This document shows, one piece after another, positions 10,439 through 20,813 of a DNA stretch of 64,000 bases. The DNA is from Gammaproteobacteria bacterium. GTDB taxonomy: Bacteria; Pseudomonadota; Gammaproteobacteria; GCA-002705445; GCA-002716945. The notes under the pieces are model-generated. The model did not search any database. It had not been told where the DNA came from and saw only the letters and a list, made by a program, of their open reading frames with translations. The translations under genes and the position numbers were made by a program. Numbering within the stretch: the first letter of the stretch is position 1; each line of letters opens with the position of its first letter. The DNA lies in the NCBI GenBank assembly GCA_002716945.1, contig PBCF01000002.1, positions 414,953 through 478,952 on the forward strand, written 5' to 3'.

Positions 10439-11571
10439 TGGCGAAAAAACATATATTTATAATTGCAGGTGAGTCATCAGGCGATCAACATGCAGCGAGT
10501 TATGTAAGAGAGCATAAAAAAATAAATAAAGATGTTTATTTTTCTGCAATTGGACAACAAGATTTACTAAATGAAGGTGTAGATTTAATATTTAATTCAG
10601 AACTTATATCGGTGGTTGGTATAATCGAAGTGATTTCAAAATATTATCAAATTAATTCTGCAATAAAAAAAGCTTATAAACATATAATTGACAAAAAACC
10701 AGATTTAATAATCTTAGTTGATTATGTAGAGTTTAATTTGAAAATTGCTAGATTTGCAAAACAATATGAAATACCTGTGCTTTTCTATGTAGCTCCACAA
10801 GTCTGGGCGTGGCGTGAAAAAAGAATTAAAAAAATTATTGAAGTTGTAGATCATTTAGCTGTTGTATTTCCGTTTGAAGAAAAATTATTTAGAAAATATA
10901 TGCAGAATGTTACATATGTAGGACATCCATTGGCAGATAATAAGAAACTTATTAAATCCAATACAGATTATGATGAAAAAGAAATCTCAGTTGGTATTTT
11001 TCCAGGAAGTAGAGAATCAGAGATAAAAAATAACTTATTTAGTATGATTGATTGTATACGAACTAATAATAAAGATTCGAATATTAAAGATGAAATAAAA
11101 ATATTTTATTCAAATGATACAGCAAAAAAATTACTTCTTAAGTTATTGCCAAATGATTGGTCGTCTTTATTAAGAGATGGAAAAAATATTAATGAAATAA
11201 AAAAATGTAAAAAAGCTATAACTGCTTCAGGAACGATTACTTTAGAGTTAGCTATAATAAATATTCCTATGGTTATAATGTATCGATTATCACCATTAAC
11301 ATATTTTATTATGAAAAATATGATCAAACTTAAATATATTGGTTTAGTTAATTTAATCTTAGGTGAATCTCTAGGTTCTAAACCATTGGTTAAAGAATTT
11401 ATTCAACCTGATTATACTGATGAAGTTGAGATAATGGTTGAATTACAAAAAATAGATAAAGATGAAAATTATAGAAAAAGTTTTGAAGATGGATATTCTG
11501 AAATTAGGAATATTTTAAAACCTGGTGCTGCCACTAAAGTAGCCGAAATAGCAAATACAATGTTAAAATAA
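10438..11571 (+). CDS. lpxB: Lipid-A-disaccharide synthase.
   Basis: 377 aa. N-terminal IAGESSGDQHAA motif typical of LpxB. On the plus strand, inverted relative to the rest of the lpx cluster. Confidence 0.9.
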   Translation: MAKKHIFIIAGESSGDQHAASYVREHKKINKDVYFSAIGQQDLLNEGVDLIFNSELISVVGIIEVISKYYQINSAIKKAYKHIIDKKPDLIILVDYVEFNLKIARFAKQYEIPVLFYVAPQVWAWREKRIKKIIEVVDHLAVVFPFEEKLFRKYMQNVTYVGHPLADNKKLIKSNTDYDEKEISVGIFPGSRESEIKNNLFSMIDCIRTNNKDSNIKDEIKIFYSNDTAKKLLLKLLPNDWSSLLRDGKNINEIKKCKKAITASGTITLELAIINIPMVIMYRLSPLTYFIMKNMIKLKYIGLVNLILGESLGSKPLVKEFIQPDYTDEVEIMVELQKIDKDENYRKSFEDGYSEIRNILKPGAATKVAEIANTMLK

Positions 11572-12342
11572 TTACCTTGTAACACCTCTTTTGCTATCTT
11601 CTATAAATTTAACAAATTTATTTACCTGTGGATATTGATAACCAAGTTCAGCAAATGATTTATGCGCATTATCTCTAGTGTTTTTATTTTTTATGAAAAT
11701 TTTAAAAGTCTTTTCTAAAGCTTGAATTAAATCAGAATCAAACCCTTTTCTCTTTAATCCGGCACTATTAATTTTATAAGCTTGCGCATGATTACCAGCA
11801 ACTAAAGTATATGGAGTAACATCCATAGATATTACAGTACCTAATCCTGTAAATGCATATTCTCCTACCAAACAATATTGATGTACTAAGGTAAAACCAC
11901 CCAGAGTTACGTGATCAAAAATTTCTACATGCCCAGCCAAAGAAGCAGCATTTGAAAAAATACAATGGTTATGCACGATACAGTCATGCGCGACATGCGT
12001 ATATGCCATAAATAAATTATTAGAACCAATAGAAGTGTAATTTATACCTGCAGATGTTCCACGATTAAGAGTACAATATTCTCTAAAAACATTATTATTT
12101 CCAATTTTTAGTGTTGATTCTTCCCCTCCATACTTGAGATCTTGTGGGATTTCACCTATAGATGAAAACTGATAAAAATGATTTCCTTCGCCAATTATCG
12201 TGTTTTTTTTTATGACTACATGATTTTCTATTATTGTATTTGGTCCTATTTCAACATTTTGATCTATAACTGAATAAGCACCAACTTTTACTGATGAATC
12301 CAAATTAGCATTTTTATGAATTATTGCAGTTTTATGTATCAT
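11572..12342 (-). CDS. lpxA: UDP-N-acetylglucosamine O-acyltransferase.
   Basis: 256 aa hexapeptide-repeat protein in the conserved fabZ-lpxA position. Its stop codon directly abuts the lpxB stop. Confidence 0.9.
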   Translation of the reverse strand: MIHKTAIIHKNANLDSSVKVGAYSVIDQNVEIGPNTIIENHVVIKKNTIIGEGNHFYQFSSIGEIPQDLKYGGEESTLKIGNNNVFREYCTLNRGTSAGINYTSIGSNNLFMAYTHVAHDCIVHNHCIFSNAASLAGHVEIFDHVTLGGFTLVHQYCLVGEYAFTGLGTVISMDVTPYTLVAGNHAQAYKINSAGLKRKGFDSDLIQALEKTFKIFIKNKNTRDNAHKSFAELGYQYPQVNKFVKFIEDSKRGVTR

Positions 12343-12781
12343 TTTTACTTCGAACTGCTCCTAATAACTCTGCAGTACATACCAACTCATCATTTACTTT
12401 GCATTCAGATGTAAATTTATGCACATCTTTTTTACTCTGAATTAAATTAACTTTTATCATTAATACATCACCTGGATAAACTGGTTTCTTAAATCTTGCT
12501 TTATCTATTCCAACAAAATAGTATAGTAAATCTTTAGGTCTATCATTACTTTTGAAATCTAAAAGCGCTGTAGCTTGCGCCATAGCTTCTAGAATTAATA
12601 CAGCTGGGAAAACTGGATAATCTGGAAAATGTCCTTGGAAAAAAGGCTCATTGATAGTAACATTTTTTTGTGCAATTAAAAAATCATGTTTTTTAAGATC
12701 TATTATTTTATCTATTAGTAGAAATGGGTATCTATGTGGCAGTAAATTTCTAATATCGTTCTCATTCATTATTTTCTCCAT
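12332..12781 (-). CDS. fabZ: 3-hydroxyacyl-ACP dehydratase.
   Basis: 149 aa hotdog fold. LLPHRYPFLLIDKI and FFQGHFP motifs. Confidence 0.93.
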   Translation of the reverse strand: MEKIMNENDIRNLLPHRYPFLLIDKIIDLKKHDFLIAQKNVTINEPFFQGHFPDYPVFPAVLILEAMAQATALLDFKSNDRPKDLLYYFVGIDKARFKKPVYPGDVLMIKVNLIQSKKDVHKFTSECKVNDELVCTAELLGAVRSKNDT

Positions 12782-13730
12782 CGTTTTTAGTTAGAACTAA
12801 TTTTGCAATTTTATCTAAATTCTTGTAGCGAGCTTGATTCCTTCTCCAAGATGCAGCTGGTTCTATGGTTGTTCCTGATGCGTATTGTCCAGGCTTATTA
12901 ATAGATTTAGTGACCATTGCCATTCCATGTATGTGGACGTTATCAACAATATTGATGTGACCATTTATACCGGTTCCACCACCAATTGTACAATTTTTAC
13001 CAATTTTTGTACTTCCTGCAATTCCAACACACGCCGCTATAGCTGTGTTTTCACCAATGATAACATTGTGCGCTATATGTACTTGATTATCTATTTTTAC
13101 ATTTGATTCTATAATTGTACTATCAATGGCAGCTTTATCTATGACTGTATTAGAACCAATTTCAACATTCGAATCAATTATTACATTTCCAATTTGTGGA
13201 ACTTTTTTCCAACTATCTTTATGTAAAACAAGTCCAAATCCATCTGATCCAATAATTACTCCTGGATGAATTATTACATTATCAGCTATAAACGTTCCAT
13301 CATTAATAACTACATTTGGAAATATTTTACAATTTTTTCCTATATGTATATCTTCTCCCAAAACAACGTTCTTGCCAATATCAGATGTAGAATGGATAAT
13401 TTGATTAGAATTCTTTTTTAAAGATAATAAACCATTTTTTTTATTTTTAAGACAATAATTTACAAACTGTGAAAATAAATATAAAGGTTCCTTGGAAATA
13501 ATACATGGTTTAGTGATCTTTTTTGCCAACAATGAACTAGTTATTAATATAGATATATCAGATTTATTTATAGAATTGATATTTTTTGAATTTAGCAAAT
13601 AAGATAATCCATTCTTTTTTGGATTATCAATACTGCATATATTGTCAATTTCTACTTTCTTTGTGGTAGTTGAAATACAACCTAAAAGGCTACAAATTTT
13701 TTTTAGTGAATATTTTTTTTCAAGCTGCAT
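12762..13730 (-). CDS. lpxD: UDP-3-O-acylglucosamine N-acyltransferase.
   Basis: 322 aa. Left-handed beta-helix hexapeptide repeats. Position between skp and fabZ. Confidence 0.9.
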   Translation of the reverse strand: MQLEKKYSLKKICSLLGCISTTTKKVEIDNICSIDNPKKNGLSYLLNSKNINSINKSDISILITSSLLAKKITKPCIISKEPLYLFSQFVNYCLKNKKNGLLSLKKNSNQIIHSTSDIGKNVVLGEDIHIGKNCKIFPNVVINDGTFIADNVIIHPGVIIGSDGFGLVLHKDSWKKVPQIGNVIIDSNVEIGSNTVIDKAAIDSTIIESNVKIDNQVHIAHNVIIGENTAIAACVGIAGSTKIGKNCTIGGGTGINGHINIVDNVHIHGMAMVTKSINKPGQYASGTTIEPAASWRRNQARYKNLDKIAKLVLTKNDGENNE

Positions 13731-14242
13731 TATTGTAATTCTGAAATTATAGCTTGAGTTATATCAATATATGATTTTGCATATAGTGTAGTTCCATCTG
13801 CTCTTATAATAATATCAAAATTATTTTTTTCCGCATATTTTTTAATAGTTGTTTCAACAATATTTCTAATTCTTGATAATTCTTGTCCTTGTACTTTTTG
13901 CAATTCTTTATTAAATTTTTCTTGTTTTGATCTAAAATCTTTCTCAACTTTTTGTATCTTTTTTACAAGCTTTTCTTTTTCATTAGATGCCATAATTTTT
14001 TCATTTTTAAGATACTTATCGTTTAATGAATTCCATTCTTTTTCTAATGATGCTAATTTCTTTGCTCTAGGATCAAACTGTTTTTTTATTTTAGATTGTG
14101 AGTCTCTGTATATAGGTATTTCTTTAAATAATCTATCTAAATTAACTATTCCCATTTTCATTTCAGCTTGTGATGTTCCTGGTATCACAAAATATAATAA
14201 TAAGATTAAACATATTTGAAAAATTCTTTCTCTATTTATCAT
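13730..14242 (-). CDS. skp: Periplasmic chaperone Skp (OmpH).
   Basis: 170 aa. Signal peptide followed by a lysine-rich coiled-coil. Conserved bamA-skp-lpxD position. Confidence 0.8.
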   Translation of the reverse strand: MINRERIFQICLILLLYFVIPGTSQAEMKMGIVNLDRLFKEIPIYRDSQSKIKKQFDPRAKKLASLEKEWNSLNDKYLKNEKIMASNEKEKLVKKIQKVEKDFRSKQEKFNKELQKVQGQELSRIRNIVETTIKKYAEKNNFDIIIRADGTTLYAKSYIDITQAIISELQ

Positions 14243-16654
14243 TTAAAAACTTCCTCCTAAGGAAAATACAACTGGTTGTGTATCATCTCCATCTTTCTTT
14301 TTAAAGGCATTTACAAAACCAACAGTAACATTTCCTATAGGTGTTAAAAATGTACCCTGTATTCCATAACTTGCTCTTATTTCATTGTATTCGAAGTCAT
14401 TGATATCTTCAAATACGTTACCAATGTCCATAAATAATGATACTCTTATATTTCTTTTATCTTGAGCTATTACAGGTGGAGGAGGAAATATCCAATCAAA
14501 TTGAGAAAGCGCTACAAAATCCCCTCCGACAGCATCACATGTTTTTGCAGTGCAGGACAGCGGGCCTGTACCTTCATAAGTCAAAGGCCCCAAACTGGCA
14601 CCATCAAAACCCCTGAGGGATTTTACTCCACCAGCAAAAAACTTACTATGAAAAGGTACCGAAGTTGTCCCAAATAATCCCGCTCCTATACCAACTGTTG
14701 GTTTTATACGAAATACTGTATTCCAATCAAAAAGACCAAAAGTAGGAAAAATATAAGGATAATTATATTCGCCTTTATAGCTTGCAGTGACATATGATGC
14801 CCCACTCAATGGAAAAAAAGCTTCGAGAGAATATAAGTGGTCACTACCTCTATTAGCAAACACAGTTCTATCCCTCGAATCACTTCTGTAATTAGTTTTT
14901 GCACTTAAACCAAATGACGTTGAACCATGATCTGCTAAATGATGTGTAACAACAATTGGCGAACCAATAGTCTTTGTGTATTTTGTAAATAAGATATCAT
15001 AACCAAATCCAAATGAATCAGTTTCAGAAACTGGTGACACATAGAAAACACCACCACCAAATGTATCTGCAACATATGAAGCAGTTGATGTGCTTGATAC
15101 ATCCGTTTGACTGTAAATCATATTTACACTTTTACTTATACCATCTGGTGTAAAATATGGATTAGTATTAATTAATTTAAAAGATGTAGTTACTTGGCTT
15201 TTTGCAGCTTCAAGAGAAACATTGTTTCCTTTCCCTAAAAAATTGTCCTGTTGTACTTTTATGTTAAATAAGGCTCCATTAGTATCAGACCAACCAGCAC
15301 CAACTTTAAACTCACCGGATGTTGTTTCTTCAATATTAAAAGTTACATCAACTTGATCCTTTGTTCCTTCTACTGGTGATTTTTTAATTTCAACATTTTT
15401 AACAAATTTTAATCTTTGTAGACGTATTTTTGATCTTTCAATCTTAGAATTAGAATGCAAAGAAGATTCGAACTGTCTAATTTCTCTTCTATAGACTTCA
15501 TCATTTGTTTTTTCATTCCCTCTAATATTAACTCTACGCACCATTGTTTGTTGTCCAGGATTAACTCTAAATTCTATATCAACAATCTTTGTTTCATCAT
15601 CTATTTTTGGCACAGTAATAATTTCAGGAAATGCATATCCCGAGTCACCTAATAGGAAAGAAATAGAGTTCTTTGATAATTCTATGACTTCTCTAGAAAA
15701 ATTATTTCCAGGTTTTATTAGTGATAGTATTGTGTCTTTTAATAATTGTTCTGAAATTATAGTATTACCAAATAATGTAATATCACCAAATTCGTAGACA
15801 TCGCCCTCTTCAATACTAATTGAGAGATATATATCTTTATTGTCATTTGATAAGTTAACTTGATTAGATAATATTTTAAATCTAACAAATCCTCTATTTA
15901 AATAAAAATCCTGAATTTTATTTAAATCAGATTCAAGGATTGTTTTTGAATATGTATCTCTACTAGACCAAAATTCAAACCAATATTTCGTTCCAGCATC
16001 CATCAAAGAAATAAGTTGATCATAACTATAAGATTTATTTCCAATGATAGTTATCCCTTTAATTGTTGAAGGATCGCCCTCATCTATATCTAACTCTAGT
16101 GAAATTAATTGATTTTCAAGTTCTGTAACAGCACTTTTAATTGTTATATTATATCTTCCATAATCATAATAAATACGTAATAATTCTTGTTCAACTTTAT
16201 CAAATACATTTTTATCAAATGGTCTAGACCTAGCAATACCAACATTATCTAATGCATTCATAATATCTTCAGATTCAATTATTGTATTGCCAGTAAGTTT
16301 AATCTCTGTCACTATAGGTTTTTCAACAACACGTATAATCAAATTATTAAACTCTAATAATACTGCTATATCATCAAAGTATTTAGTAGCATATAACTTT
16401 TTAATAATGTCCTTGCTTAACTCCGGAGTATAAATATCTCCAATATTAATCTCTGCATAAGAAAGGATTGTGGGTACACTAACGCGTAAATTTCCCTGTA
16501 CAATAATATTATTTATTTTTACTTCTTCATCAGCCTCTACGGTTTTTACAATATTAAATTTTAATATTTCTGATGATTCATTAAAGGGTTTTGATGATTG
16601 TAGAGATAATACAAATAGGAGTATTAGAATTGTTAATATATATTCAGATTTCAT
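14243..16654 (-). CDS. bamA: Outer membrane protein assembly factor BamA.
   Basis: 803 aa. Signal peptide, POTRA repeats, C-terminal beta-barrel ending in an aromatic residue. Conserved position after rseP. Confidence 0.92.
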   Translation of the reverse strand: MKSEYILTILILLFVLSLQSSKPFNESSEILKFNIVKTVEADEEVKINNIIVQGNLRVSVPTILSYAEINIGDIYTPELSKDIIKKLYATKYFDDIAVLLEFNNLIIRVVEKPIVTEIKLTGNTIIESEDIMNALDNVGIARSRPFDKNVFDKVEQELLRIYYDYGRYNITIKSAVTELENQLISLELDIDEGDPSTIKGITIIGNKSYSYDQLISLMDAGTKYWFEFWSSRDTYSKTILESDLNKIQDFYLNRGFVRFKILSNQVNLSNDNKDIYLSISIEEGDVYEFGDITLFGNTIISEQLLKDTILSLIKPGNNFSREVIELSKNSISFLLGDSGYAFPEIITVPKIDDETKIVDIEFRVNPGQQTMVRRVNIRGNEKTNDEVYRREIRQFESSLHSNSKIERSKIRLQRLKFVKNVEIKKSPVEGTKDQVDVTFNIEETTSGEFKVGAGWSDTNGALFNIKVQQDNFLGKGNNVSLEAAKSQVTTSFKLINTNPYFTPDGISKSVNMIYSQTDVSSTSTASYVADTFGGGVFYVSPVSETDSFGFGYDILFTKYTKTIGSPIVVTHHLADHGSTSFGLSAKTNYRSDSRDRTVFANRGSDHLYSLEAFFPLSGASYVTASYKGEYNYPYIFPTFGLFDWNTVFRIKPTVGIGAGLFGTTSVPFHSKFFAGGVKSLRGFDGASLGPLTYEGTGPLSCTAKTCDAVGGDFVALSQFDWIFPPPPVIAQDKRNIRVSLFMDIGNVFEDINDFEYNEIRASYGIQGTFLTPIGNVTVGFVNAFKKKDGDDTQPVVFSLGGSF

Positions 16655-18063
16655 AATAATCTCAATAAATCGTTATAAAAAGCCAAAATCATTATTCCAA
16701 AAAGAACAACAATTCCTAATTGTTGTCCAATTAATTGGATTTTTTCAGGTACAGGCTTTCCTAATAAAATTTCAAATGTATAAAAAAGTAAATGCCCTCC
16801 ATCTAACATTGGTATTGGTAAAAGATTTAAAATACCAAGACTAATACTTAATATTGCCAATATATATGCAAAATATACAAATCCCATTGATAAAGATTTA
16901 CCAGTAAATTCTGCGATACTAATTGGTCCACTTAAATTCTTTACATTAGCTTCGCCAAGAAAAAGTTTGGCAATCATTTTTAAAGTTAGCACGGAATAAT
17001 GGTAAGTGAGATTTATAGATTGATAAATTGAATTTATTAATGGGTATTTAACAGTTACTCTATATTGATCAAGTAAATTAGAATCAGGGCTTATACCTGC
17101 AAAACCAATTAACTTTTCAGAATGCCTTTTTCCTAAAGGAGTCAAGGTTAAGTACTTAAATGTATCAAATCTATTAATCTTAATCTCGAGTTGCTTATCT
17201 GGATTGTTCTCAATAACATTCACTAACTCTTTCCATGATTGTATTTTTGTTCTATTAATTTCTAATATTTTGTCTCCTGGCAATAAATTTGCTTGATGTG
17301 CTGGTGTATTTTGTTGAACATTGCCAATTATTGCAGGTATAACTGGATGTTTAATTTTGATACCAATATTATTTATAATATCTCCTTCAGCTTTTAATAT
17401 ATTCTGATGATTGACTGGAAGTTTGAAGTTATAAAAATTATTGTTATTATCTTTTACATATAAAATAATTTCTTGTTTATCCACTATACTATTTAATAAT
17501 TCCATTCTTACATCTTGCCAACGTTTAGTTTCATTATTATTAACTTTATATATCTCCATATTTTCATATATTATTGTTGGGGAGTTTTTTGCTGATGGAG
17601 TTATTGATTCAAAAACTGGCTTCATGCCAGAAATTCCAAGAAAATGAACCATAGTAAAAAATATAACTGCTAGTATAAGATTAAATATAGGGCCTGCAGC
17701 AACAATTAAGAATCTCTTATATACAGATTGTGTATCAAAACAATGTCGTAAATTATCATTATATATCTCTGAATGTTTTATCCTCCTTGAGGATTTACGT
17801 CTATTTGATGAAGAACTTATATAAGTATCTAACTCATGGGATTCTAACATTTTTACATATCCACCCAAAGGTATCATTCCTATGCTATATTCTGTTTCGT
17901 CTCCTTCAAATTTTTTTGTATATATATTTTTACCAAAACCAACATTAAAATTTAGCACTTTGACATTAAATAGTCTTGCAATATAAAAATGACCAAACTC
18001 ATGGAATGTAACCAATATTCCAATTGCAATTATAAATCCTATGATGCTTTGTATTACTTCCAT
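16651..18063 (-). CDS. rseP: Sigma-E regulatory site-2 protease RseP (zinc metalloprotease).
   Basis: 470 aa. HEFGH zinc motif in the first TM region, PDZ domains, LDGG motif near the C-terminus. Confidence 0.9.
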   Translation of the reverse strand: MEVIQSIIGFIIAIGILVTFHEFGHFYIARLFNVKVLNFNVGFGKNIYTKKFEGDETEYSIGMIPLGGYVKMLESHELDTYISSSSNRRKSSRRIKHSEIYNDNLRHCFDTQSVYKRFLIVAAGPIFNLILAVIFFTMVHFLGISGMKPVFESITPSAKNSPTIIYENMEIYKVNNNETKRWQDVRMELLNSIVDKQEIILYVKDNNNNFYNFKLPVNHQNILKAEGDIINNIGIKIKHPVIPAIIGNVQQNTPAHQANLLPGDKILEINRTKIQSWKELVNVIENNPDKQLEIKINRFDTFKYLTLTPLGKRHSEKLIGFAGISPDSNLLDQYRVTVKYPLINSIYQSINLTYHYSVLTLKMIAKLFLGEANVKNLSGPISIAEFTGKSLSMGFVYFAYILAILSISLGILNLLPIPMLDGGHLLFYTFEILLGKPVPEKIQLIGQQLGIVVLFGIMILAFYNDLLRLL

Positions 18064-19256
18064 TTTTTTGTGTTTATTAAATCAACAGTATACTCACGAA
18101 CATTCTTATCGTTCTCTAGAATTGACTTCAATGTTACATTTTGCTTAATTTTCATGCTAGATAAAACCTCCTCAATTATAACCGGAATATGAGTAAATTT
18201 TATCTTATTTTTTAAAAAATACTGTACAGAAACCTCATTTGCGGCATTCAGTATAGTTGGTGCATTTTTACCAATTTTGATGGACTGATATGCTAAATCT
18301 AGACAAGGATATTGGTTTTTTTTTGGGTACTCAAAAGTTAAATTTGGATATTTCCTGAAGTTAAGATTTTGATTAGGGAAATTCATTCTTGCAGGCCAAG
18401 ATAATGCATATGAAATTGGTATTTTCATATCATGATTACTCATATGGGATATTACTGATCCATCTGGATATCTAACAAGTGCATGAATAATACTCTGAGG
18501 ATGAATAATTACTTTAATATTTTCAATATTTAGTCCAAATAATATATTGGCTTCTATTATTTCCAGTCCTTTATTCATCATAGTTGCAGAATCAATAGAG
18601 ATTTTTTTGCCCATTTTCCAATTAGGATGTTTTATTGCCTGTTTTGGTGTTACTTTAGATAATTTATTTTTAGATATATTTAAAAAAGGTCCTCCAGAAG
18701 CAGTAAGAATGATTTCCTTGATGTTTTTTCTATAATATAGCGAAGACCCAGGTTTATAATCCAAACCAGAAGATAATAGTATTTGTAATATGGCATTATG
18801 TTCACTATCTATTGGAATAATATTTGAATTATATTTATTTGCATTATCAATTAATAATTTACCAGACATTATTAAGGATTCTTTGTTTGCGAGGAAAACT
18901 ATTTTACTAGACTTTATTGCATTAAGTGTTGGCTCTAACGCAGCCGATCCTACAATAGCCGACATAACACAATTAGACTTTCGGTGTTTTACTACAAAAT
19001 TTAAACTATCAAGTTCAAGTATAATTTTTGTTTTTATATTATGATCTTTGCATAATTTAATTAATTTGTATCCAGAGTTTTTATCAATGAGAACGGCATA
19101 AGTAGGATTATGCTTAATAATCTGTTTGAATAATAATTTATAATTAGAATAAGCAGTTAATGCAAAAATTTTATATTTATTACGCATACCGCTTAATACT
19201 TGAAGTGTATTAACACCGATAGTACTTGTTGAACCTAAAATTGTTATATATCTCAT
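18054..19256 (-). CDS. dxr: 1-deoxy-D-xylulose 5-phosphate reductoisomerase.
   Basis: 400 aa. N-terminal ILGSTSTIG NADPH-binding motif and Dxr core similarity. Confidence 0.92.
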   Translation of the reverse strand: MRYITILGSTSTIGVNTLQVLSGMRNKYKIFALTAYSNYKLLFKQIIKHNPTYAVLIDKNSGYKLIKLCKDHNIKTKIILELDSLNFVVKHRKSNCVMSAIVGSAALEPTLNAIKSSKIVFLANKESLIMSGKLLIDNANKYNSNIIPIDSEHNAILQILLSSGLDYKPGSSLYYRKNIKEIILTASGGPFLNISKNKLSKVTPKQAIKHPNWKMGKKISIDSATMMNKGLEIIEANILFGLNIENIKVIIHPQSIIHALVRYPDGSVISHMSNHDMKIPISYALSWPARMNFPNQNLNFRKYPNLTFEYPKKNQYPCLDLAYQSIKIGKNAPTILNAANEVSVQYFLKNKIKFTHIPVIIEEVLSSMKIKQNVTLKSILENDKNVREYTVDLINTKKWK

Positions 19257-20086
19257 AGAAATAGCCAGAATTGAAAAATTGCAATTACAGGTAAATAACT
19301 ATCAAGTCTATCTAAAATTCCACCATGTCCAGGTAATATACTACCTGTATCCTTAGTATTGTAAATCCTTTTATATTTACTAATAAATAAATCTCCGATG
19401 GTTGCAAAAAGACTAATTATTATAATATATATTATATCACGCAACATAATATTAATTTCATATATAATAAATAATAAAAAAACTATTAAAACTGGTATAA
19501 CTATTGACGCTATAAAACCTTCAATAGTTTTATTTGGACTAATATTTTCAGATAATTTATGCTTACCAAAATATTGCCCAATAAAATAAGCAGATATATC
19601 CGCTGAAGAAATAATAATTATTAACAGTAATATATAAAACGGAGTAGTATCAGCATTATTTATTAACCCTTCATTTAAGATATTGGTTGATGAATATTGA
19701 TTAAAAGAAATCAGTAAAAACCATGCGGCAAAAATCAGATAGAATCCTAAAACAGCATTAACTTTTTTTATGAAAAATTCATTAATTTTAAGATTAAAAA
19801 TCAAACTAGTTGTAATAGTAAACCATATTATAAACGACAAACTAACTATGTTTTTGATAAAAGAACTATAATCATAATATATTATTGTTATATACATAAA
19901 TAATGTAGATATTAACAGTAACAAATATCTTATATATTGATTAGTCCTTGATATACATAACCATTCATTATATGCCTGTAAAGCTATAAGTGAAAATAGA
20001 AAAGAAACAACATAGAAGTTATAATTAACAAAAACTAGTGAAATAAAAAGAAGTGCTAATGCGCCTGTAATTATACGTTCACGCAT
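19253..20086 (-). CDS. cdsA: Phosphatidate cytidylyltransferase.
   Basis: Polytopic membrane protein with C-terminal CdsA signature (GDLFISKYKR..KDTGSILPGHGGILDRLDS). Start moved to the internal Met at 20086, which avoids a 47-nt overlap with uppS. Confidence 0.85.
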   Translation of the reverse strand: MRERIITGALALLFISLVFVNYNFYVVSFLFSLIALQAYNEWLCISRTNQYIRYLLLLISTLFMYITIIYYDYSSFIKNIVSLSFIIWFTITTSLIFNLKINEFFIKKVNAVLGFYLIFAAWFLLISFNQYSSTNILNEGLINNADTTPFYILLLIIIISSADISAYFIGQYFGKHKLSENISPNKTIEGFIASIVIPVLIVFLLFIIYEINIMLRDIIYIIIISLFATIGDLFISKYKRIYNTKDTGSILPGHGGILDRLDSYLPVIAIFQFWLFL

Positions 20087-20813
20087 TTTTATCGAGAGAA
20101 ATATCCTTGTTTGATAATGCTCCAAATTTCCTATTAATATTTTGGTACCATTTTATGGCCTTATCTAACTCATTTTCATTAAAATCCGGCCATAAACAAT
20201 CAGTAAAATATAACTCAGTATAAGCATGTTGCCATAACAAAAAGTTGCTTAGTCTTTGCTCGCCACCTGTTCTTATAAGTAAATCTGGAAATGATGAATC
20301 TAAAGTTAAAGATTTTTCTATGTTTTCACAATTTATATCATCTATATTGAAATCTTTTTTATTTAAAATAATGGATTGTACAGCATTAACAATATCCCAT
20401 TTGCCTCCATAATTTAACGCAAGGTTTAATTTTAATCCTGTATTATTAGTTGTTAAAGTTTCTGCGTTTTTTATTTTACTGATTAACTTTGAGTTAAACT
20501 TACTTAAATTGCCAATAAAATGAAGTTGAATATTATTATCATTTAAATTATTTATATTAGAATCTATAGCTTCGTTGAATAGATTAATAAGAAAATTTAC
20601 TTCATATTCAGGTCTTTTCCAATTCTCACTGCTGAAAGCAAATAATGTAAGCTCATTAATTTGTCTAGTAGTACATGCTTTCACAATTTTATTTATAGCA
20701 GAAATTCCAGATCTATGTCCAAATGCTCTTGGCATATTTCTATCTAATGCCCATCTACCATTGCCATCCATTATAATAGATACGTGATTTATTTTCTTAG
20801 TTGTCATAGTCAA
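20079..20813 (-). CDS. uppS: Undecaprenyl pyrophosphate synthase.
   Basis: 244 aa. HVSIIMDGNGRWA and FAFSSENWKRP motifs. Confidence 0.93.
   Translation of the reverse strand: MTMTTKKINHVSIIMDGNGRWALDRNMPRAFGHRSGISAINKIVKACTTRQINELTLFAFSSENWKRPEYEVNFLINLFNEAIDSNINNLNDNNIQLHFIGNLSKFNSKLISKIKNAETLTTNNTGLKLNLALNYGGKWDIVNAVQSIILNKKDFNIDDINCENIEKSLTLDSSFPDLLIRTGGEQRLSNFLLWQHAYTELYFTDCLWPDFNENELDKAIKWYQNINRKFGALSNKDISLDKNA

Noticed and set aside
20087-20125. 47-nt overlap between cdsA and uppS as called.
   Set aside because: An in-frame Met at 20086 gives a CdsA N-terminus that starts directly with the first TM segment and removes the overlap. The longer call is probably an over-extension.
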